From Octopus sinensis (taxonomy: Eukaryota): 64,000 nucleotides of DNA. The stretch lies in NCBI RefSeq assembly GCF_006345805.1, contig NC_043019.1, forward strand, positions 22,505,360 through 22,569,359, read 5' to 3'. The notes beneath the pieces are model-generated. The model saw only the letters and a list, made by a program, of their open reading frames with translations, was not told the origin of the DNA and did not search any database. Below, one piece after another: positions 54,398 through 64,000 of the stretch (position 1 is its first letter; each line of letters begins with the position of its first letter). The translations under genes were made by a program, and so were the position numbers.

Positions 54398-54400
<3 letters not shown>
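53992..54400 (+). mobile_element. Hammerhead-bearing Penelope-like/retrozyme remnant inserted in the (TA)n tract of a SINE
   Basis: 127 bp inverted arms with no mismatch seen (53992-54118 and 54130-54256), 11 nt spacer, then a tail sharing CGTGAATTT..GC.ACCC.GGTA and GGATAATTCATT with 16810-16895. The host SINE resumes after the TA run. Confidence 0.75.
54045..54127 (-). ncRNA. Type I hammerhead ribozyme motif with long stem II
   Basis: Minus strand reads CTTTC-CTGATGA-GAAGGCGGCATA...ATTCC TTC GGAAT...TATGCAGTCTTC-GAAA-C ATAT G-TC|GAGAG. All core nucleotides canonical; same family as 16637-16719. Confidence 0.87.
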
Positions 54401-54447
<47 letters not shown>

Positions 54448-55643
54448 CATACACACATATATACGACGGGCTTCTTTCAGTTTCTGTCTACCAAATTCAC
54501 TGACAAGGCTTTGGTTCGCCTGAGGCTATAGTAGAAGACACTTGCCCAAGGTGCCACGCAGTGGTACTGAACGTGGAACCATGCAGTTCATAAACAAGCT
54601 ACTAACCTCACAGCCACTCCTACACCTTAAATCTAGTGAAATAATGTTTTGATCATAAATTAACATACAAATTTTGATGGAAGACGGTTTTAATTTAAAT
54701 CGCTTTAAAGCAAGGAATTTGTACTATAGAACCAAATGTGGTCTCAGCTTGGTATCAAAAGCATTAATCAAGGTCTCCATCGTAACAGCATAAATTGTTC
54801 TTAATTATTCAAATTGGATATTTAATCTTTGAAATTGGTACATCAGTTCTCTTTTAATTACCTTAGTCCTCTGATAATCCTCTATAGTTAATCTAATACA
54901 AACAATTATTCTTACTTAAAGATACTAATACCACCTTAACACCTTCAGTGTTACACTCAAAGCTGTTTAACCCTTTTGATTCCAATTCACCTGAGACTGT
55001 CTTTGGTTCTATGATACAAACTTCCTGTGTAAAGTGATTTGAATTAAAAACCTCCCTTGAAAATGTTAATTTATGTTTCAAATACCAACTTAACCCTTTC
55101 GATACGTTACCAACCTGGCTGAAACCACCCCTGGTTCTGTTGTACAAATGTCTTGTTTTCATAAGTTTTGAATTAAAATCTTCCACCAAACCTTAGTCAC
55201 AATTTATGTTCCTAACACCAGCTTAATGATAACTAAGTTATTATACTAAATTTTTTGTTATATTTAAAAATTGATTGAAAGAAACACAGGACATCTCAAA
55301 ATAAATACAGTAACAAAAGGGTTAATAATGGTTTCAAATTTTGGCACCAGGCTAGCAATTTGGGGGATGGTCCATTACATCAACCCTATAGTTCAACTGG
55401 TCCTTTTTTTTATTGATCCCCAAAAGGATGAAATGCAAAGTCAATCTCAGCAGAGTTTGAACTCAAAATCTGAAGGTGACATTGACACAGGTATGGCTGT
55501 CTGGTGAAAAGCTTGCTTCCAAACCAAATGGTTCTGGGTTCTGTCCCACTGTGTGGCAAATGTCTTCTACTATAGCCTTGGGCTGACCAAAGCCTTATGA
55601 GATAATTTGGTAGATGGAAACTGAAAGAAGCCCTTTGTATGTG

Positions 55644-55714
<71 letters not shown>

Positions 55715-55797
55715 ATATATGTGTGTGTGTGTGTGTGTATATATATGTGTGTGTGTGTGTGTATATATATATGTGTGTGTGTGTATATATATGTGTG

Positions 55798-55829
<32 letters not shown>

Positions 55830-56135
55830 CGTATGCATCTGTGTGTCCCCCCATCACCGATTGACAACTGGTGCTGGTGTGTTTATGTCCTCATAACTAA
55901 GCAGTTCAGCAAAAGAGACTGATAGAATAAGTACTAGGCTTCAAAAATAAGTCCTTCAATCTATTTGTTTGACAAAAAACCCATCAAGATGGTGCTCCAG
56001 CATGGCTGCAGTCAAATGACTGAAACCAGTGAAAGAATGGACAAAATACCACTAAGTGTTTTGCCTGGTGTGCTAATGATTCTGCCAGCTCACTGCCGTT
56101 AAATATCAACTTAATTATGACAATTATTTTACAGC

Positions 56136-56599
56136 AATCAATTGGTTTTGGTCTCCAAGAAATGGAAGCATTTGTTTGGCAAGTTCCATATAAAAGGTTT
56201 ACTTCTTTAACATTTTTTTTTTTTTTTTGCAGCTGAACAGGGAAAAACACAGTCTCACGCCCACACACTCACACACATATTCATTGTCTTTAATTTGTAT
56301 GTATGTATATCTAGATATGTGTGTGAGTGTGTGTTGGTATGTGTGTGTGACTGTTGAAGTCATTCATGCAAATGAAAAAGCAATGTGTGCGAATGTGTGT
56401 GTGACTGTTGAAGTCATTCATGCAAATGAAAAAGCGTGTGTGTGTTGGCATGTGTGAGTGTGTTGGCATTTGTGTGTGACTGAAGTCATTCATGCAAATG
56501 AAAAAACTAATGTGTGTGACTGTTTTTTAGTGTTCAGCTGCAAAAAATAAACATTTTATACGGAACTTTCATTTCTTTAAGACCAAAAACCAATTGATT
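56136..56599. mobile_element. MITE-like element with internal minisatellite
   Basis: AATCAATTGGTTTTGGTCT/AGACCAAAAACCAATTGATT and TTTTTGCAGCTGAACA/TGTTCAGCTGCAAAAA inverted pairs. Three copies of TGTGTGACTG(TTG)AAGTCATTCATGCAAATGAAAAA at about 56340-56510. Confidence 0.7.
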
Positions 56600-58553
56600 A
56601 CCTATTTTACTAATGTCTTCATTGGTTTCAAAATTGACTGGAAAGAATGGCAGTGTATCTCACCTGAAACAGGGTTACTAAAGGGTTCACTGAATTGAAC
56701 CTTCCACCCAAACTTCCTTTTAATTTAGATCCAAATACCAGTTTAACGATGACAAAATTATTTTATTACATATTTAATTATTTTCAAAATTGACTGAAAC
56801 AAAGACAGTTTATTTTAACAGAAATATGGTAATGAATGAGTTAAGTAAATGATAATTTCAATAATAATAATATCTTTATCAATTTGTGTTGCAAGATTTC
56901 TGATGTGAAATCGTGTGTTGAAACAGATATTGTTGTATTTTGGAAAGGTCCTTTTTTTGGCCAAATAAACACGCACAATATATATTTTTTTACTCTATAT
57001 TATATAATAATAAACTCTATATAATAAATGAGTGAAGAAAAAATATATAGTGTGTGTGTTTATTTGGCAAAAATAAAAAATAAAACGACCATCTACAATA
57101 TCAATAATGATAATAATAATTAACATTAAATAAAATTCACAATTCTACCAAAACATGCACTATGAGAAATACAAAAGCTGCTATTTGTGGTGTTTACATT
57201 TGGTTGAAAACAGAACAGAAACATTATCAGCTTTGAAGGTCAGTTTCTGAATAAAAAGTAAATGTAAAAGGTCACCAAGAATCAAGGACAAAAACACGTT
57301 GACCCTGATGGAATATCTAATGACATTGAGATTTCATACAATGTATAAAAACTGTATTTGTTAAATAATAATAATAATATTAATAATAATAATAATAATA
57401 ATAATAAAAGTGAAAGGTAGTTTCAAATAGTAATGGCTTGTTTTGATGCAGGTATGGCTGTGGTTAACAAGTTTATATTCCAACCTTATGATTTCAAGTT
57501 CAATTCCACTGTGCCGCACTATAAGCAAGTATCTTCTCCTACACCCCCAGATCAGCCAGTCTTGTTGAGTGGATTTGGTGGGGGAAACTTAAAGAATCTC
57601 ATCATTGTGTGTGTGTGTGTATGCAAAGGCATATGGCTTGGTGGTTAGAGTATTTGGCTCATAATCATAAGGTCGGGATTTCTAATCCCAGTGGTGTGTT
57701 GTGCCCTTAAGCAAGACACTTTATTTCATGCTGCTTCAGTCTACTCAGCTGGCAATAATGAGCAGTACCATGTCACATTCTGTGTCACGCTGAACTATTT
57801 TAAGGGTGTGTGTCTGTGGAGTGCTCAGCCGCTTGCACATTAATTTCCCGAGCAGACTGTTCTCTTGATCAGATCACCTGGAACCCTCATTGCCATAACA
57901 GATGAAGTGCCAGTTTATGTGTGTGTGTGTGTGTGTGTGTGTGTATTGTTGTGGTGAAAAAATTACTTTTTCTCAGAATATTCTGCTCAACAATTTTTTT
58001 AGAAATCTGAACATCTTTTTACTCCTAACCATTCAACTTCAAATTACAATTATTAATTGTTGGAAGTCAAGTATACTGAGATGTACATATACTGTTATTG
58101 TATCGAGTGAAAGCTCAGTAAGAAGTTTTGAACTCATTATCTTGTGGTTAGTAATCCATTACTTTAAATTTGAAGCCATTAAGTCTTTAAACATTATTTT
58201 ACTGGGTTTAATCTTTCAGTTGTTGCTATAATGAGGTATCACCTTCAAAACTTTAATTGATCATACTGACCTCAGTACATATTTCAATCTGTGTGGTACC
58301 TTGGGCAAGCGCTTTCTACTATAACCCTTGGCCAACCACAGACTTGTGACTTAATTTGGTTAATGGAGACTGCAGCATTGTTCATCAGAAAATGACTGAA
58401 AAACATGTTTATAAAGAAGAGCTGTTTGCTTCATATTCTTCGTGTGTTAATTCTGCCTATAAGAAAGGAACAAATAATACAATGTGGCTGTCGGTCACAA
58501 CACCTGGGCAATGTCTGGTGCATTGCTAGTATGTATATATATATATATATTAA

Positions 58554-58773
58554 CCCTTTAGCATTTAAACCGGCCATGTCTGGCCAAAAGTATTCTGCCT
58601 GTTTTATGGTCAGACTGGCCAGATCTGGTCTCTCACACTAACCCTACAATATCGTTTTAAAAATTACAGGTACCTCATCAAAATCTCATGGATTCAAGAT
58701 AATGCATGATTAGTTCAAAACAATTTAGATAGAAAAGGATTAATTTTGGCAGAATAATGCGAACACTAAAGGG
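58554..58773. mobile_element. piggyBac-type MITE, same family as 8969-9189
   Basis: TTAA|CCCTTTAGCATTTAAACCGGCC...CTAAAGGG|TTAA. An older copy lies at about 21603-21817 and a related family at about 55094-55321. Confidence 0.85.
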
Positions 58774-58895
58774 TTAAGGATTTCGCTGAGGCATAGCGAT
58801 ACAAATGACCTGCAGTTAGAACCGAAGTACACATCAGTGTTAGGTGAGTAGAAAACATAATATGAAATTAAAAGAATTACATAATCAACTTCATT

Positions 58896-58976
58896 ACCTT
58901 ACATCTGTTTCTCCTATAAAAAGCACCGTACTTAGAACTGAGTGCTTGTGCATCACTTTATAGCTTCCTCAGAGCC
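58896..58976 (-). ncRNA. Degenerate hammerhead ribozyme motif with long stem II
   Basis: Minus strand CT-CTGAGGA-AG CTATAAAG...TTTTATAG GA-GAAAC-AGAT-GTA|AG. Core intact, loop one change from palindromic AGCT, stem I only about 2 bp. Confidence 0.5.
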
Positions 58977-60039
58977 TTTAAAACGATGTACAAGCATTCA
59001 GCTCTGAATGTACTGCATCTTACAGCAAAAATGGTTGTACACTGATGTAGTTGATTACATGATTATTGTTGCTTTGTCATACTTTTTATATATACATATG
59101 GTTCTGGGTTCAGTCCCTCTGAACAGCTCTTTCGGCAAGTGTTTTCTACTATGGCCTCGGGCCTACCTCAGTGTTGTGAGTGAATTTGGTAGATGGAAAT
59201 TGAATGAATCTCATCATACCTCTGTGTGCATGTGGGTGTTTGTGTGTGTGTCTTTGTGTCTGTTGGTACCTCCACCACTTGATGAATGGTACTTGTGTGT
59301 TTACATTCATGCAACTTAGCAGTTTGGCAAAAAAGAACCGATAGAATAAGTACCAAGCTTTAAAAAACAAGTACTTGGGTCTATTCATTCAACTAAAAAA
59401 TTCTTCAAGGTGGTGCCCCAGCATGGCCACAGTCTAATGACTGAAACAAATAAAAAAAAAGAGATGTGTGTGTGTTAACCAGAGAAGTGACCTTTTAGAG
59501 CTGGATTTCATGTTACTACTTCACAGTTTGCATCTTTGGGAGTAGGCCTGAGTTTGGCGAAGTTAAGCAGAATATTTATGTTGTGAAAATTGAGTAATTT
59601 AAACTGGGTTGCAGACCAGACTCTTGCCATCGAAATCTTAGCTTTGTAATTTCTCTAGTGTTCACCCCCACCCCCCGCTTCTGCCTTGTTTTCTGCTTAA
59701 TCAAGGCCAGCCGGCTTAGATAAAATGTCAGCGTTGCACCCAATTGAATCAAATTTGAGCAAACAAAGACAAGAAAAAGAAAAGGAAAGACGTGGAGGGG
59801 ACGGAAGAAGTGAAGTGAAAGAAAGCTAGACTTGAATGAATAGTAATGAAGAGGGAAGGGACTTCAACAGGTTGTGAGATAAGAAAGTATTGAAGTTTAG
59901 CGATTGTCTTCTTATCAACTTGGTTTTCTTGTGATTTTTTGATGGAAGAAGTAGGGGTGTGCATGTGAGATATTTTGTGGTTGTAGCCACCTCATTAATG
60001 CCTTCGTATGAATGTGTATAAGGGTATCTAAGCATGGAA

Positions 60040-60541
60040 GAGCCATAAAAGTTACAGATACTGGTGAAGGAGAGTCGAAAATGGTTTTATTTTTATTTTT
60101 TTAATTATGTAAATTATTTTTTAAAATAATTTGTGACAGTTGATGGCCAATGGTATCTGTTTGTTACAGGTTTCCAGTGTGCCAGTTACAGTTTCATTGA
60201 TATTTTTTGGTCATAATAAGGGAGCATATATAACTTGGTACAGAGCAAATATCTCAAGGGACTTTGTTTGTAAAGCACTGCTTTTTCTCTCAGATTACTA
60301 CCTGGAGCCATAAAAGTTACAGATACTGGTGAAGGAGAGTCGGGTAAATTGTTATTTTTAAAAATAATTTGTGACAGTTGATGGCCAATGGTATCTGTTT
60401 GTTACAGGTTTCCAGTGTGCCAATTACAGTTTCATTGATATTTCTGGTCATAATAAGGGAGTATATATAACTTGGTGTAGAGCAAATATCTCAAGGGATT
60501 TTGTTTGCAAAGCACTGCTTTTCCTCTCAGATTACTACCTG
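60040..60541. repeat. Diverged tandem duplication of about 240-265 bp
   Basis: GAGCCATAAAAGTTACAGATACTGGTGAAGGAGAGTCG at 60040 and 60305; both units end CTCTCAGATTACTACC. Confidence 0.9.
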
Positions 60542-63500
60542 ATTATTATTTTTTTTTTCATATACATCAGTTTGTGAGTCAACATGAGTGAAATATTCTC
60601 TGGCCTGTCTTGAGCAAAAATAGCTCATCCAACCCATACCAACATGGAAAAGGGAGCAAAATGGCGTTAATGATTATACATGTGTATGTGAATGCGTGTA
60701 TACACACACACCACACACACACACACATTTGAAAAAATGAATAGAAATAGCTTTTCTGATTTTTTTCCCACTTGGGTTATCTATCCTGTACGTGAGAAGA
60801 CTTATCAAGCCAAGTGAAATCCTAGCTGTGACCATTGCCAGTGTCATGTAAATGGCACCCATGCCAGTGGCACATAAAAGGCACCCATTACACTCTTGGA
60901 GTGGTTGGCATTTGGAAGGGCATCCAGCCATAGAAACCATGCCAAATCAGACTGGAACCTGGTTCAGCTCTCTGTCTTACCAATTCCAACCAAACCGTCT
61001 AACCCATGCCAGCATGGAAAGTGGATGTTAAATGACGATGATGATTAGTGTCTTTCTTGCTAATAAGGTTCCTCATTGATAGTAACGGTTATTATTTGGT
61101 TTTATTTATATTGACTTTTGACTTGCTCATCACATATCTTTTACTGGTTTCAGTCATTTGTAAGCCTAGTATTTATTCTATCGGTTTCTTTTGCCGAACT
61201 GCTAACTGTCATTAAGCTGGTCTTTGGAACATAATTTAACAGGAGATTTTGAGGGGAGGCTTGGCATCACTTTAAGCCTTTTGTTACCATATTTCTGTTA
61301 AAATGTTCTGCCTTTTGTTTTAATTAATTTCGAAAATAATGAAGAATTTAATGAATTAACATTATTATTCAGCTGGTGTTTAGAACATAAATTAACAGGA
61401 AATTTGAAGGAAGGTTTAAATTTAGATCACTCTAAATCAGGAAATTTAAACCATAGAATCAGGAATGGTCTCAGACAAGTTGGTATCAAGAGGATTAAAT
61501 CTCACTGCCACTCTACTCTGGCCAGGAATTTCTTCTGAAATCTCAATATCTTCATTTGGTGTTTGTTGAATTACTGCTTGATTTATTATTTTGAATTCTT
61601 CAGCTTTCAGTTCCTTAAAGTCTCTTAGCACATGCCTTTAATAATTGTTGATTGTACACACAGCCTGTACATCAAGATCTTGCTATTGGAAAACATTTTA
61701 TGTTGTAGCTGGCGCCATCAATACTGACATTGCAATTTCAAAGCAAAGAATTAATGTTATGTAAAGAATTGCTGCTGCTTCTTCTCTTACTGGAATATGG
61801 TTGACCACTTTCACATTACCTTGATCAGAAATTGTACAAGAACTGGGTTTTTTTGTTGTTGTTTTTACTTGTTTCAGTCATTAGACTGTGGCCATGCTGG
61901 GGCACCATCTTGAAGAGTCTTTAGTCGAATGAATCAATCCCCAGTTCTTATCTTGTTTTTTTTTTTAAAGCCTGGTACTTATTCTATTGGTCTGTTTTGC
62001 TGAACCACTAAACTACAGGGATGTAAACACACCAACACCAGTTGTCAAGTAGTGGTTAGGGACAAACACAGAAACAAAGACACACACATGCACACACACA
62101 CACACACACACACACTCATAATACAATGAGCTTCTTTCAGTTTCCTTTCTATCTATCAAATCCACGTACAAGGCTTTGGTCGACCCAAGGCTATAGTAGA
62201 AGACACTTATCCGAGGAGGGATCGAACCTGGAATCGTGTGGCTGGGAAGCAAGCTTCTTACCACACAACTACACCTGCACCTGTTAACTTTTCTTTAACA
62301 CGGTTCATAGCAATTTCTCAGTGCGTTTATTTTGGCTTAGAGAAGTTTTACCATTCTTGAATTGTGGAACCAAGTGTAGATGGAGAGTTGAGTTTCATAT
62401 CAATAGAGCTTGCTGCGTATCATTGAAAAGAAACTAACTTCTCTACTGTTTTTAAAGAACAAGGCATGATGATGATAACAAGGTAAGCATGTTGGAGGAA
62501 TGAAGTAAAGGAGGTGGGGCATATTTAAACCAGGGTTGGCAAATTTCTTACATATATCAATGAACCCTTTATGGTATCATCAATAACTTATTGACTCCCA
62601 ACATATGAATTTCTAAAATAAAATTAAAAAGTATAATTAATAAAAAAGTATTTCTTGGTTTGAAAATAATTCCTTTATTCTTTATTGTCATTGCCACTTT
62701 TTTAATTAAGAAATATCTAAATCAATTTTATGAAAATACTTAACGAAATTGATAATGAGCAATAAGTTTAGTGTTGTTATATTGACATAACTGAAATAAT
62801 TAATGTGAAATGGCTGCAAATTAGTGAGTTTTAGCCTTAAATTACCCTTACTCTTCTTGATTCAGTTCCTGAAATAATTCAGCATCCATAATACCTAAAA
62901 TCGTTTCAAGTGTTTATTGGCCCCGTTGAATAGCCACATAAAACTCTTCAGAGGTCAATATTGACCTCTTCACCAATCCCTGATTTAGACAAACCTAACC
63001 ATGATTGTTGAACATGTGAAAAAAATTAGTTAATTTATAATAAATAAACTGGTTCTAGGTGGTGCTATTTCATGCTGCCACGAGGTTCTGTCAAGAAAGG
63101 AGACTGTGATCTAAGCAAGTTTTAGGACTCAGTTTTTCCCCAGCACCTGAAACAAGTCTTTCCTCATTAACAACACCTGTTGTGTTTGGTGTCAGGTGAG
63201 AATAAGCAACATTATAAAAGCCAAGGAGCTTAACACTGACCATTATCATTATTAAACAATAATGATGGAAACAATGATAATTATTATTATTATTACTATT
63301 AAAGGTGCGATGAGCTGGCAGAGTTGTTAGCATACTGGGTGTGATGCTTAACAGTATTTTACCCGTTGTTATGTTCTGAGTTCAAATTTCGCCGGGGTCC
63401 ACTTTACCCTTTATCATTTCGGGGTCAATAAATTAAATACCAGTTGAGTACTGGGGTCGATGTAATCGACTATCCCCCTCCCCAAATTTCAGGCCTTGTG

Positions 63501-64000
63501 CCTATAATAGAAAGTATTATTATTGTTGTTGTTGTTGTTATTTTGCACACCTGTTCAATACCACCACCACCAAAGCCACTAACATCAGTGAGGGTGTCTC
63601 TCTGCAGTTATTTGACTTGTTAGAAATAGTAGCTAAATCTCATCTAAAATCACAACTAGCTGTCTGAGAGAAAAAAAAAACTGAAAGACACATGGTGGCA
63701 TAATGTAGTCCGAGATACACTATGACTGAAATATAAATGGAATGGTCACGATTGGAAACCCATTGATTATTGGTTTGTTGAATTAAGGTTCAAGCAGAAT
63801 TGTTGGCACACCGGGCAAAATGCTTAGCAGCATTTGACTTGTCTCTACATTCTGAGTTCAAATTCCACCAAAGTTGACTTTGCCTTTCATCCTTTTGGGG
63901 TCGATAAAATAAGCAGCAGTTCAGTACTGGGATTGATGTAATTGACTTAGCCCATCCCCCAAAATTGCTGCCTTATGCCAAAATTTGGAGCCAAAGATGG

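Noticed and set aside
56340-56520. Regularly spaced repeats resembling a CRISPR array
   Set aside because: Eukaryotic context, the spacers are TG-rich variants of each other, and no cas genes are present; it is a minisatellite inside a MITE.
190-62264. Recurrent ORFs such as [28 protein letters not shown] and poly-YI/HT/CV ORFs
   Set aside because: These are translations of the abundant SINE and of TA/CA microsatellites, not genes.

Overview
AT-rich, repeat-saturated animal genomic DNA. The tRNA-derived SINE families and microsatellite load look like an Octopus (coleoid cephalopod) genome; this is an inference from repeat recognition, not a database result. The only supportable protein-coding gene is the 5' part of a collagen prolyl 4-hydroxylase alpha subunit (P4HA) on the minus strand. 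Three in-phase exons (48950-48775, 9568-9417, 3300-3139) are separated by a 39.2 kb and a 6.1 kb intron, and the gene continues off the left edge. Nearly all ORF-track entries are microsatellite or SINE artefacts. The most notable hidden signal is a set of short non-coding insertions, mostly in or against (TA)n tracts, that carry type I hammerhead ribozyme motifs (stem I-CUGANGA-stem II-GAAAC-loop-GUH-stem I, loop usually a palindromic tetramer). I read seven complete cores at five loci (10.5 kb x2, 16.6 kb, 43.5 kb x2, 44.0 kb, 54.1 kb) plus several decayed ones. Many are arranged as an inverted copy followed by a longer direct copy, the layout known for Penelope-like retroelement terminal repeats and retrozymes. 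Some have unusually long stem II hairpins, and one has captured an inverted copy of its own flanking DNA. The rest is SINEs, MITEs, LINE and mariner remnants, fold-back hairpins and an 824 bp tandem duplication. All structures were read by eye; none were folded computationally.
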